DNA of 64,000 bases from the IMG/VR virus record IMGVR_UViG_3300028888_000053, positions 148,278 through 212,277 of that record. One strand, written 5' to 3'. The notes under the pieces were generated by a model. The model was not told the origin of the DNA and did not search any database. It saw only the letters and a program-made list of their open reading frames with translations. The stretch comes from a virus (lineage: Duplodnaviria; Caudoviricetes). A program made the position numbers and the translations under genes. Below, in pieces: positions 7,903 through 19,417 of the stretch (position 1 is the stretch's first letter; every line of letters begins with the position of its first letter).

Positions 7903-8481
7903 ATGTCAGAAGAATTTATAAAGTTAATTCAAGAGTTAAATAGAGATAATACAGACAAGTTATTAACTACTATTAAAAAATTAGGTTTCTTTGAAGCTCC
8001 GGCTAGTGCTAATCATCACTTGAATAAGTTTAGTGGTTTGGTAGAACATTCTATTTCTGTGTATAATTGTGCTTTGCATTTAAAAGTTATGATACAATCT
8101 ATTGATCCATTTTGGAAAGCTCCAGAAGATGATTCAATACGAGTTGCAGCATTACTTCACGATGTATGTAAAGCAGATACGTATTATACAACAGTAAAGA
8201 GACAGAGAATGCAAGATGGAACATGGAAAGATGTTCCTACTTATGGAGTTGATTATTCTCAATTACCATTAGGTCATGGAGAAAAGTCTATTTCCATTAT
8301 CTTGCAATGTGGTTATCCATTAACTAGAGAAGAGATGTTGGCTATTCGTTGGCATATGTCTTCTTTTAAATTGAATCCGTTTGATATGGAAGAGATGGGT
8401 AACTTTCGTTGTGCTTCGATAGAACCATTGGTTTATTTAATTCAAGCAGCAGATCAATTATCAACACACTTAAACAAATAA
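7903..8481 (+). CDS. HD-domain phosphohydrolase
   Basis: APAS..HH...GLVEHS...LLHDVCK...GHGEKS...IRWHM...AD; ATG 7903 preferred to TTG 7873. Confidence 0.85.
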   Translation: MSEEFIKLIQELNRDNTDKLLTTIKKLGFFEAPASANHHLNKFSGLVEHSISVYNCALHLKVMIQSIDPFWKAPEDDSIRVAALLHDVCKADTYYTTVKRQRMQDGTWKDVPTYGVDYSQLPLGHGEKSISIILQCGYPLTREEMLAIRWHMSSFKLNPFDMEEMGNFRCASIEPLVYLIQAADQLSTHLNK

Positions 8482-9014
8482 TATTATGAACAGTAGAGTA
8501 TCTAGAAGAGTTAAGTTGTATCCTGAAAAGGGAAATGGTAAACATTCTGATTTTAACTTCCATAAAGAATATGGAAATTATCAGGAGACACCTGATCGTA
8601 TGACACCATCAGCTCATACGTTGTTGGTAAATCGTGCAAAAGCATTTCTTAAACATGCTGGTAGTAAAACTGTTAAACAATTGCATCTTGCAGTAGCATG
8701 AACCGAAAATCATTAAAATCCAAGTCAAAAAATCATTTGATTGGATTGATTTATGCTAAGACAGCAGAATCAAAGAAATGGTTGAAGTTATACAATCAAG
8801 CATCTAGCGAATATAATGCAGTACTTGAAAAGTATACTGATTATCGTAAAAAATTAAACGATAAAAAACGCAAAATACAATTGTTAGAGGAAGATATTGA
8901 TGATCTTAAAGCTGAAAAACGTAATCTTCTATCAAATAGTATTAACTACAAAGCTGGGTTCTACATAATGAGTATTGCAGCACTCATATTTTTAGCTATT
9001 ATTATATTTTAACT

Positions 9015-9047
9015 GTACTGGTGATCTGTTATGGGTCACCAGTATTT
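9015..9047 (+). terminator. Terminator-like hairpin
   Basis: GTACTGGTGATC/GGTCACCAGTAT inverted repeat just after the stop of 8698-9012. Confidence 0.55.
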
Positions 9048-10140
9048 AAATAATCAAATATGAAAAGAAAAGAAATAGATTTAGCACAATTGACTATTAG
9101 GTTTAATCATCTTCGTAGAATTAGTTTAGGAAAGAAATATTCCAATGAAGAGATGGTTAATTTATTAAAAGACGTAGGATTTGTTTATCCAACAATTGTC
9201 TTCATGTTTTTGAAGCAAGGAGGATTTATAGACAAATATAATGTTCAGAATAGAAAACTGAATATATTTACAAGTTTAGAAATTACTCCTACTCAGTTGG
9301 CTCAGACGATTGAAAAAGCTCGTCTTTATCAAAAAGCAGCTCAGCATCCAGAGCAAGTACAACCATCGCAATGGATTTCAGTAGAATCCTTTATGCAGAT
9401 ATTGGCTGAAAAACTTAAAAATGCTGGAGCAGCAAGAATTGGTATCATTAGAAGTGATATCGATATCAAAGCAGTATTAACTGCATGCGGCGTTAAAGCA
9501 CAAAAGATTCAATATTCATATCAGGATTTATAATCCTAAGCCTCTTGCTTATTCTCTTATGATGAAGTATAGTAATCATTGGTTAAGAATGAGATATTGA
9601 CAGTAGAAACTGTAATTTCTATCTTCCCACTTATAAGATAAAGTGGATATACTTATGATTAACTTTCGTGCATTGCAGAAGAATCTTAAGTGTCAGTATG
9701 TGAATGTCGTTCTTAAAGGTGAAAAGACACGTATCGAACTATCAATAGATCGTGGTGGTCGTATCATTGATTGTACACGCGTTGGTCGCTTGTTTGATCG
9801 TATCCAGGGACGTCAACTCTTGTCCGTAATGAATGGAGTCAATAACCAAGTAATTGAGGAGATCAATGACGAGGTCAATATCATTAATGGACTACATTTC
9901 ATCCCGACAATTTAAACTGCCGGATGAATTCGTTGTTAACGTGCGCTTATATAAAGATATAATTCTAAGAATTGATTTTATAAATTTTGGAAGAGGAAGA
10001 ACTCTACCAGAAGAGATTATTAAATCATTAGGACTAGACTTATATCATATAGCGCACGTTAAAGATCAAGTCAGGTTACACTTCTTTGAATGTGATTGTT
10101 CATATGATAAGAAGAATAAACTTATAGTTAAACATTAATG

Positions 10141-10170
10141 GGTCAGAGGAGTTTTTCTCCTCTGGCTTTC
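10141..10170 (+). terminator. Hairpin upstream of sigma factor gene
   Basis: GGTCAGAGGAG/CTCCTCTGGCT followed by a pyrimidine run. Confidence 0.55.
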
Positions 10171-10178
10171 TATTTATT

Positions 10179-10955
10179 ATGAGACAAATTAAATTTACAA
10201 ACGGTTTTTATACTAAAGGAGAGGAGTCTTTATTCCGTTATTTTACTGATGTAAGACATCTTTCTAAAAGTATCGAAGACAAGCCAGTAGAAGAAAGAAC
10301 TCCAGACGAGCTTATTAAAACACATTTAAAATTTGCTGTTTCGGTTGCAAAAAAGTATATGCATCTTGGTATTCCTGTTGAGGATTTGGTTCAAGATGCT
10401 AACATAGCGTTAATTAATGCAGCTCATAAATTTGATCCGAGTAAGGGATTTCAATTTACATCGTATTGTGTACTTGCAATTCGTCAGTATCTTATTGATG
10501 AAATAAGACGTAATAAGTCAGGTATCAAGTTTGGTGCTGATATGAGAAAAAAGATGAATGATTTACGTGAATTGTGTGATGACTTGACACAACGTGATGA
10601 GTATATGTATACAATTGACGAAATTAAATCATTATATCCCGAACTATTTACAGAAGGTTTATATCGTGCATTAAACTCTGAGAACCAAATACCATCAGAT
10701 AGTATAGATACTGATTTTGCAAGTGAGCCTGATAATGTTGATCAACATATTGATCAAGAATATATCAAGAAAAAATTGCATCAGCTATTACACATTCTTA
10801 CTCAGAAACAACAAGAAGTAATTAAAAAGTTGTATTTCGAAGAGAAAAGTATCGAAGTTGTTGCAGGTGAACTTAACTGTACAAGAGAAAATGTTCGTAT
10901 GACAAGAGAAAACGCATTACGAACATTAAGAAAACATAAACAATTTTTAATATGA
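10179..10955 (+). CDS. Sigma-70 family RNA polymerase sigma factor (divergent)
   Basis: Region 2 LKFAVSVAKKY...EDLVQDANIAL..AAHKFDPSKGFQFTSY; region 4 HTH VAGELNCTRENVR. Confidence 0.85.
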   Translation: MRQIKFTNGFYTKGEESLFRYFTDVRHLSKSIEDKPVEERTPDELIKTHLKFAVSVAKKYMHLGIPVEDLVQDANIALINAAHKFDPSKGFQFTSYCVLAIRQYLIDEIRRNKSGIKFGADMRKKMNDLRELCDDLTQRDEYMYTIDEIKSLYPELFTEGLYRALNSENQIPSDSIDTDFASEPDNVDQHIDQEYIKKKLHQLLHILTQKQQEVIKKLYFEEKSIEVVAGELNCTRENVRMTRENALRTLRKHKQFLI

Positions 10956-11849
10956 CAATTAAAGTTTTAACTTTTAGTCGTGCTTCTGGATTATCTGAGA
11001 TGGCATGTATAGAGAGTTCCGCTCAAGATGGATTTCAAATAAAAGATGCAATTAGAAGATTGGTCAATGATGATGAATTGATCCAGGAAGACGCTCCAGT
11101 AATAATTGGTACACATTCTTATGTTAGATTTATATCTGACAATTGGATTGTTACAGTAACAACGTAAGATTATGAAAGCAACAGAAATGGTTGATCAGTT
11201 ACTTCAGTTAATAGATCATCATGGCGATTTTGAAGTAGTTCCTCAGGACATTACAATGGAGCCTGATGAAGAAACTGGCGTTTTTGAAGATATTGCAAGT
11301 GTAGAATCTGTAGAATATGTGGAATTACCTATTGAAGAAGGAGTTTTTCCATGTTTTCTAATAAAAATTCAGTAATATGAAAATTTTTAAAAGGTATGAA
11401 TTTACTGGTCCTCAGGGTAAACGTTGGACCGAATGGTTTGAATTTGATACAGCCTTAACTGTTGACGAGGCAAACATGAAAATTGAGGAAGCTAAGAGTT
11501 TGAATGCGGGAAGAAATGAAGAATATGTAATACGATGATTAAGTTTGTTGTCATTATATCATTACTCATTTTCTTTGCACTTTTAGCATTAATTATTCAT
11601 TATTATGGTCGCCAATAGTGTATATGTTGTAAAAGTATGGGGTAAGTATGTAATGCAATTTACTCCTGCTTTTATAACATTAGATTTTGAGAAAGCATTA
11701 GATTATTACTCTAACTTTATCTTCAAACTGCGTAACGATCATCCTGAATTACAGGTTACCTCCGAAAAGAAAGATAGTTTGACTGGATATGTAGGTAATG
11801 ATTTCTTTAGTATTAAACTACAATCTTATCCACTTAATAAAGAATTAAT

Positions 11850-12515
11850 ATGAAATATCATGTAGGTGATGAAGTATATTTCCAATGTGGAGATAAAATT
11901 TATTCTGGACGTATAGAGATCGTAGATCGATATGGCGCTCTCGGATGTAGAGAAACTTCATATGATATTTATGTAGCATCACAAAATATGCTGTATAAAC
12001 ATGTTGAAGAAAGTTACGTTTTTACTGGTAAGCCGATTCATGTAGATAATATTATGGAAAGAGACTATAGAAAACTTATAAGAAATTTCAAACCTAGCAC
12101 TTATTGTAAGGGATGGGTTAAAAATGTAATCGTTGACAATAACACCACAATTTGTTACTATGAATTTAAGGTTAATGTTAACCTTATTATTCAAAACATT
12201 GGTTCATTCTCGCATTCTTACCTTATGAAGTTAGCGAAGCATTTTAATGCGCGTTTGTTAAATCCAAAAGGTGAGTTTCATTTTGTTACCGTAGGTAAAG
12301 CAAGATGTGCTGATACTGATACTTATGATAAACAAATAGGAGAGAAGATAGCTTTGGCTAGAGCTAAGTACAAAGCTAATAATATGGTGTTTTGTTTAAC
12401 AGAAAAGATACAAAGACATTTCTTTGAGGTTTCTACTAATATTACATCTTCTAAACTTGAATTAGAAGCCATGATGCGTGCTCAGCAAAAGTATATTAGT
12501 AAACTGACCAAATGA
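11850..12515 (+). CDS. Hypothetical phage protein
   Basis: 221 aa; C-terminal ARCADTDTYDKQIGEKIALARA motif, similar to one in 32695-33222. Confidence 0.55.
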   Translation: MKYHVGDEVYFQCGDKIYSGRIEIVDRYGALGCRETSYDIYVASQNMLYKHVEESYVFTGKPIHVDNIMERDYRKLIRNFKPSTYCKGWVKNVIVDNNTTICYYEFKVNVNLIIQNIGSFSHSYLMKLAKHFNARLLNPKGEFHFVTVGKARCADTDTYDKQIGEKIALARAKYKANNMVFCLTEKIQRHFFEVSTNITSSKLELEAMMRAQQKYISKLTK

Positions 12516-12930
12516 ACAATATTAAAATTACTTTGAATGTCATGGTGCCAGTGCAAACTTTAAATGAGATTGCACTAAGAACTACTGACTTTGAATCGTT
12601 TTTAAAAGACATTAAACACCTCTCTATTGATCAGTATTCTATTACTTATGATGTCATACATAAGAAAAGGATAAAGCGTTTTTATGACACATCTTCTCCT
12701 GTAAAATTAAGACGATTTATTCTTACTCGTATGGGATCTAATCCATATTATATCTTACCAAATAAGATATATGCTGGAGTATATACTATTACTGGTTTTA
12801 TTAGAGCTGATGATAATTTATATCTGAAGATAGAAATGCCAGAAGATACCGCTATTTCTTTTCATGATTTACAATTATCAGCAGATCAATGGACATTCTT
12901 TTTTGGACAAGTTAAACATGTATTTCCGTT

Positions 12931-13350
12931 ATGAGTATTATTAAATCATTCGAAAAAGCATCAGCTTTAAAGAAAGAACGAAAATGGGAATTTTTATATA
13001 TTCTTATTGATCTTCATGATACTGTTTTTAAAGCATGTTATTATGATCAAGAAACATTTGAATGGTTCCCATATGCAAAAGAAGCATTGCAGCTAATGTC
13101 TAAAAGACCAGATTTTAAATTAATTCTTTGGTCTTCTACATACTTTGAAAAACTAACAATGTATGATAGGATATTAGCAGAAAATGATATTCATATAGAT
13201 TATTTTAATATTAATCCTGAATGTCATAATACATTTCTTTCTGACTTTAGTCAAAAACTATACTTTAACGTTGGTATTGATGATAAGTTTGGATTTGATC
13301 CAGAAAAAGATTGGTATAAAATTTATGATTATTTATCTCATTTAACATGA
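12931..13350 (+). CDS. HAD-superfamily hydrolase
   Basis: IDLHDTV motif I, LILWSS, IDDK motif. Confidence 0.65.
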   Translation: MSIIKSFEKASALKKERKWEFLYILIDLHDTVFKACYYDQETFEWFPYAKEALQLMSKRPDFKLILWSSTYFEKLTMYDRILAENDIHIDYFNINPECHNTFLSDFSQKLYFNVGIDDKFGFDPEKDWYKIYDYLSHLT

Positions 13351-13913
13351 AAGTAGGAGTTATTCTTGCTCGGTTTCAGCCAATACATAATGGGCATATA
13401 GAATTAATAAAGTATGCTTTACACGGCAATGAAGTTGTGCATATCTTTATTGGTTCTGCCGATAAATTTAATGTTAGAAATCCAATTCCTATTCACGAAA
13501 GGAGACGTTTGGTAATAGCTTCTATCAAAGAAGTTTTTACTGATGAAGAAATGGATCGTATTTTTATTCATGAATTACCAGATTTGGATAGTGAAAGCAA
13601 TAATAGTATTGAATGGGGATTCTATCTGTATTCTCATATAGTACATGAAATTAAACAAGCTGAGTTTTCATTATACTATAGTGATGGATATGAGTTAGTA
13701 TCTTCATGGTTCCCTGGATTTATGTTTAAGGATTTTATATCATTAGTATTACTGGCTCGTAATTCATGTGTACACGGAGTAAGTGCCACACTAATAAGAG
13801 AAGCCATCATTAATGATGATGTTGAATTCTTACGCAAGAATGTTTCAGATATTGTATTTGAATCAAGAGAAGCGATTAAGAGGTATATTCAATTAAGTGA
13901 ATTAAGAAAATAA
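13347..13913 (+). CDS. nadM: NadM-type nicotinamide/nicotinate mononucleotide adenylyltransferase
   Basis: ARFQPIHNGH (HxGH), IGSA, RNP, SATLIR. Confidence 0.85.
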   Translation: MKVGVILARFQPIHNGHIELIKYALHGNEVVHIFIGSADKFNVRNPIPIHERRRLVIASIKEVFTDEEMDRIFIHELPDLDSESNNSIEWGFYLYSHIVHEIKQAEFSLYYSDGYELVSSWFPGFMFKDFISLVLLARNSCVHGVSATLIREAIINDDVEFLRKNVSDIVFESREAIKRYIQLSELRK

Positions 13914-13938
13914 CAATTAATAATTAATTAAACAAATT

Positions 13939-14694
13939 ATGAAAATAGCAGTAGTAGCTAAAGTTCGCAACGATTATTTTAATGGTTGCACAAGTATGGA
14001 AGAGGCATTGCGTAAAGTATGCCTGGATGAGAATGTAGTGTTTAATCTTACATGCAGCACTATCTCAAGATTAAATGATGAAGAGGACTTTGATTTTGAG
14101 AATCATGATCCTATTCGTAGTGATGATGAACACATTACAGTAACATTGATCTGGGATAATTTTGATCCTGATTCACATGAGACGACTGCTGCAAATGACG
14201 TTGAGTTTGCAGACGAGCTTCTTGCAGATTTTAGCAGTAGTTTCCGTTTTTCTAATGCCACGACAGAACGTGTTTCTCATGCTATTGGAAGCACTAACAA
14301 TCATGCGCAAGACGAAGGTGAAAACGCACAAGAGACTCCAATTCCAGAAGACGCACCTCGTCCAATGACTAGTGTATCGAATGATGGTATGCGTGCCACA
14401 ACTAATATTCCATCTTCTACTTTGACTGAAGATACACACACTGTGCAAACAGAAGCAGAGCATCCATCTGCCGCACACAACCAACGTCCAACACGTACAA
14501 TCACTTATGATGAGTTGATTGCCCGTCTTAATAATCTTCATGTACCTGGAAATACTCCTATCTATTTGAAGTATTATGAGGAAGGACAGCTTGTAGAGTA
14601 TGGTATGCCTACTGTAGAAGTTGTAACTCAGAATAGAACCAACATTGACAATGCTAATGAAGTCTTTACTGGTCCTCGTGTTGTAATTTATTAA
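13939..14694 (+). CDS. Hypothetical acidic protein with a low-complexity Thr/Pro/Glu linker
   Basis: 251 aa ORF, composition only. Confidence 0.55.
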   Translation: MKIAVVAKVRNDYFNGCTSMEEALRKVCLDENVVFNLTCSTISRLNDEEDFDFENHDPIRSDDEHITVTLIWDNFDPDSHETTAANDVEFADELLADFSSSFRFSNATTERVSHAIGSTNNHAQDEGENAQETPIPEDAPRPMTSVSNDGMRATTNIPSSTLTEDTHTVQTEAEHPSAAHNQRPTRTITYDELIARLNNLHVPGNTPIYLKYYEEGQLVEYGMPTVEVVTQNRTNIDNANEVFTGPRVVIY

Positions 14695-14709
14695 TTGTAT
14701 TAACTTTTA

Positions 14710-14781
14710 GTCTAACGTAGCTTAATGGGAAAGCGCTGGATTTTACCGGTAGATCTAAGTTCGAATCTTAGCGTTAGACCA
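14710..14781 (+). ncRNA. tRNA-like RNA with His-like body and shortened anticodon arm
   Basis: 8-bp GTCTAACG/CGTTAGAC acceptor (G-1:C73-like), D-arm GCTT/AAGC, perfect T-arm CTAAG-TTCGAAT-CTTAG; 6-nt loop ATTTTA. Confidence 0.7.
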
Positions 14782-16689
14782 TAACAAAAAATATATATAA
14801 TCATGAAAATAGAATTAGAAATTGAAATTCCAAAACGTGAAATTAATTATCTTATAGATCATGTTGTTGATAGTTATGAAGATCCAAATATGGACGATGT
14901 CGAATCGGATCTTTTATATCAACTTGAATTAAAATTAAAGAAAGGAGAATTATCATTTTCCTTATCGCCAGATACTTTTGAAGAGTTAAAAACAATCTTT
15001 GATGATATTATGGATCATCAGTCACGATGAGATATAAGAAGTTAATACCAGCCAAAGAAGCCAACTTGTTAGTAAAACGACCACTAAAATTACAAGGAGC
15101 ATTAAGATTTTTTAATCGAATGATAATCCAAGCAAGTCTTAGTGGTTGTTATGAATTATATATGTCACCCAATTATGAAAATATTATTAAGAAAAAGAGG
15201 TATTATTATAAACTGGATGATAGAGAAACAAGTATTGTATTTGATTGGGTCAAAATGGATTACTATGAACTTCAATTGCAAAAGAATGGCTATTATGTAG
15301 ATTACGATTGGATACGACAGATATTTATTATTAAATGGAGACTTTAATTTAAGTAATATGAATATAGGAAGTTTTATTTATATTATAACGGTTTTAGTAT
15401 CGTTATACTTGGTGTTTCTTCTTAATTTTCGTTCTTATAAAGACGGTGAGAAGAGACCTACAAACGCAGCGTTAGTATTAACAGGAATTGTATTAAGTTT
15501 TATTCCAATTTTTAATATATTCCTTTCTATAGTACACGTTCTCGAGCTTCGAAAGTACATTGTTAAATCAATATTTACAAAATGACATTTTCTGAAGCTG
15601 AACAAATATTAAAAACATTACCACTGAATGGTGAACAAAGTGAAGCATTAGACTTTTTACTGAGTATAGCAGCCGTCAAAAATGAAAAGGACTGTTATGG
15701 AATAGAAAACGTTAACTTTTCTATATGTAAAAATACTGATGCAAACTGGAAACGCTATCAACAACAAAGGATTAGTCAGGGATTTGATGAGACTGAGTGT
15801 TGGAACTTAGATTCTACAATTTGTCAATTTATTTATCCTCGATTAATTTACTTTAAAGAAAATCATTGTGGATGTCCTCAAGAACTTACTGATCAGGAAT
15901 GGAATGATATATTGGATAAGATGATTTTATTCTGTGAGAAGTATCCAGAAGACGATGATTATGATCAAGAAGGTATACAGTTAATGTGGAAATACTTTAA
16001 TGATTTATGGTGGTAAGAATTAAATTAATTGTAATTATTGTTCTCACTCTTTTCTTTATAATCACAACATGTTTTATCATGTTTACAAATGCTGTGCAAG
16101 AGCAAAAAGGCGCAACAAGAGATTCGACCTTTATTACTATTGGCAAACATGAGTATTTTCTAATGCATTCCCAAAATTGTAAAGAAAGAGATTTAAAAAA
16201 TAGATATCAATGAAGTTAATACTTATTAACTATACCAATAAGGATGATATACGATTTATTATAAAAGATAAAAGTGAAATTGTTCTTAGTGGTATGTTTA
16301 AGTTTGATACAGAAGCATTGATAATCTTTCACGCAAACATAAAAACTATAGATGAAGCAATCGAAGTTCATAGTATATTGCAAAAGCATGACTGGTATAC
16401 TAATCATATAGTTTATTCTAGGCAATCACATAAAGTTGCAAAACTGTTTAAAAAAGCATTAAAAAGAATTAGAAATGAAACTAAGACGATCTCAGAAATC
16501 TATTATTCATCAGAGACAAGAATACAACCAGAAGATTCTTGACTTGTTGAAAGCTTATCTTGATGCTTATCCACAATTGAGGTTTGGTCAAGCTTTGGTG
16601 AATATGAATATCATTGAAGATGTTCAAAATGGATTTGCAAAAGATCCCTTCAATGATGAACCAATAGATATTTTTAATAGATTACGCAT

Positions 16690-17322
16690 ATGAACTATCA
16701 GATAAAAAAATATTCAATTAATAGTATTTCTATTACTGAAAATTTACATTTAAATCAAGAAACTTGTTTCTATAAATTTAATGAGTTTATAGAAAACAAT
16801 GTTTCTTATGCTACCTATGTTTGTGTTCTGCCATATTCTAAGAAAGATTATTATGCCATGAATCGATTTGATCGATCATTCATTTATGTCATACTTCCAA
16901 CACAAGAAATGATTGTTGTATTCAAAGATTATCATTTTCTGAATGAGGAACCACCTTTGATTCACAGTCCATTTATTTTTGATACAATGTATTTGGAATG
17001 TGGAAGAAGTGTAAATGGTGTATATGAAACAAAAGAAATGTATAAACTAATCGAATTTACTGGATATGGATTTGATGTTATTAAAGTAACATTTAAAGAT
17101 CCGTTAACTGATCAGGAAATTCCAAGTATTAGTAGAGAAATTATTGATCTTCCAACACTATTTAGAGATCAGAAGGGGATTGATATTTTCGAAGCAGATG
17201 CTTTGTGTACTGATTTTATGGAACAACATATGTTCGATTATTTTTATAATTTTGTATTATCTTTAATTAATTATGAACAGAAAGAAAGCGGAACCAATAG
17301 CGATACAGAGGAAGTCGATTAG
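16690..17322 (+). CDS. Hypothetical protein (ends in TAG)
   Basis: 210 aa ORF. Confidence 0.55.
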   Translation: MNYQIKKYSINSISITENLHLNQETCFYKFNEFIENNVSYATYVCVLPYSKKDYYAMNRFDRSFIYVILPTQEMIVVFKDYHFLNEEPPLIHSPFIFDTMYLECGRSVNGVYETKEMYKLIEFTGYGFDVIKVTFKDPLTDQEIPSISREIIDLPTLFRDQKGIDIFEADALCTDFMEQHMFDYFYNFVLSLINYEQKESGTNSDTEEVD

Positions 17323-17481
17323 TAAATATGATCCAGACACAGAATGCAAAAGAATATGCAAGAATTGTTCGTTGTGGATTTATTGTAAGACTTCTGGTGC
17401 TGATCCTGATGAAGAGGATAATCTTTGTTTTACTCTAGAATAGTTGATCTAAATCAAAAAAGTGTTTTATAATTTGATTTT

Positions 17482-17874
17482 ATGACAATAGATAGTTATA
17501 ATTGTATTTCAATTGTAGTTAGTATTATACTTGGCATATGTATTGGTGCAGAAAGACAAATACATAAACACAATGCTGGTATTAGAACATTTACATTGAT
17601 TTGTCTTGGATCAACTCTAGCAATGATTCTATCTGATTCTTTTTCTGATAGTGATCCAAGTCGAATTGCTGCACAAGTTGTATCAGGAATTAGTTTCCTT
17701 GGTGCTGGCATTATTATGCATAGTAAAGATCGTGTGTATGGTCTTACAACGGCAGCTTGTACTTGGATTACATCTATTGTTGGATTAACTGTTGGACATG
17801 GTATGTATATAGAAGCTACTTTTGTAACTTTTATTATGATATCATTATTATCTATATTAAGTCGATGGAAATAG
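17482..17874 (+). CDS. mgtC: MgtC/SapB family membrane protein
   Basis: IGAERQ...AGIRTFTLICLGS...DPSRIAAQVVSGISFLGAG...GLTTAA..W. Confidence 0.9.
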   Translation: MTIDSYNCISIVVSIILGICIGAERQIHKHNAGIRTFTLICLGSTLAMILSDSFSDSDPSRIAAQVVSGISFLGAGIIMHSKDRVYGLTTAACTWITSIVGLTVGHGMYIEATFVTFIMISLLSILSRWK

Positions 17875-18504
17875 AGTATTGTATAACAAGGGATGAAGAT
17901 GGAGAATTGAAGCTTCAAGAGAAGACTGATATATATCCATTTAAAGTTGAACCAGATAATTTTTGGATAGGTAACCACGTTCGATTAGATCCTGACTTAT
18001 TCCCAGAAATTAGATGGGGAGACGATCCAAAACAAGTTAAAATAAATGTCACTATTAGCGTACCTACAGATCAGATTCAGGAAGAACAACCATCCGAAAT
18101 ACCATAAATATCAGGAGATGTGGATACAGAATCTGACACAGAATCAAATTGATTATTTTATTAAAGAAGCAAAACATTTGGGTTATGAGATATGAAAAAT
18201 GTATCCTAGTCCCATTCCCTGATTACTAGGAATTTGTTTCTTAGACATACAATAATAAAAGGTTTAAGACAGTTGCTAGGTATTTAGAAAAGGAAGATTT
18301 GTATCTTCTACCAGAAGATTGGGCAAATGGAGTAATGAAAAAATTATATGGCTACGAATTATAAAACTAAATATATACGTTTGGGATGGCCAGAATATCA
18401 AGATTATATGGGTCATAAAGACTTTTATGAAGAGTCTGGATATGATCCAGTACTTGATTATTACTATATTCCTGAATATATTATAGAAGAAGTAGATAAA
18501 AACA

Positions 18505-18972
18505 ATGAAAGTAATATTTCTTGATTTTGATGGCGTAATAACTACATATGTATCTTCTTGGACATTAGTTCCAGAAAAAATGGATCTTGTTAAAAAGATT
18601 ATAGATGCAACTGGAGCTAAAATTGTTATTAGCTCCGCTTGGAGAAGGAAAACACTAGAAGATACATTTAGGTTTATTACTGATCCGAATAATCATTATG
18701 TTGGTAGTAATCCATTTAGTCTATGTGAATATGTAGTAGGACAAACTGATCGACTTTATAGTGAAAATCGATTTAGCGGACATGTTAGACGAGGAGATGA
18801 AATCCAAAAATGGATTAATGAACATGATGTAGAAAATTATATTATCCTCGATGATGAAGATGACTTTTTATTGAATCAGTATACCCATTTTGTCCATACT
18901 AATTTGGAAATCGGTATTACTCAAGACGACGTAGATAAAGCAATAGAAATTTTATCAAACGAAACATTATGA
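18505..18972 (+). CDS. HAD phosphatase (Swiss-army-knife RNA repair type)
   Basis: FLDFDGV, IVISSAWR, RGDEIQKW, YIILDD. Confidence 0.8.
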   Translation: MKVIFLDFDGVITTYVSSWTLVPEKMDLVKKIIDATGAKIVISSAWRRKTLEDTFRFITDPNNHYVGSNPFSLCEYVVGQTDRLYSENRFSGHVRRGDEIQKWINEHDVENYIILDDEDDFLLNQYTHFVHTNLEIGITQDDVDKAIEILSNETL

Positions 18973-19415
18973 AATATTTTACAATTAAGGAATTATGTTA
19001 TTCTGAAACAGCTTAGAAGTTAGGGATTAAGAATGAACCTACGGAAGAAATAAAAAATCATTTAAGTGAATTAATCATTAAAATACTAGATCCATTACGA
19101 GAAGCTTGGGGAAGTGGTATTAGAGTGACTTCTGGATATAGAGGTCCAGCTTTAAATAAAGCTGTTAAAGGTAGTAATACAAGCGCTCATTGCACAGGTT
19201 ATGCTGCTGATCTTGTACCAATTAATGGATAGATGACTAAATTCAAAACGTTTGTTAAGAATTGGTTGAAATCTTCTGGCGTTATGTGGGATTAGTATAT
19301 TAATGAATTCTCTGGAAATTCAGAGTGGGTACATATTGGATTAAAAAATAGATCAGGCAAACAACGTAAACAATTTTTACTATATAAAAATGGTAAATAT
19401 TCTTATATTAATTAA
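18969..19415 (+). CDS. Peptidase M15-family endolysin, 148 aa, with three in-frame TAG codons read as Gln
   Basis: Missing from the ORF track; reads MKYFTIKEL...LDPLREAWG..IRVTSGYR..ALNKAVKGSNTSAH..GYAADL...WD*YINE...WVHIG; TAG at 19014, 19230, 19293; TAA stop at 19413. Confidence 0.9.
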
Positions 19416-19417
19416 TT

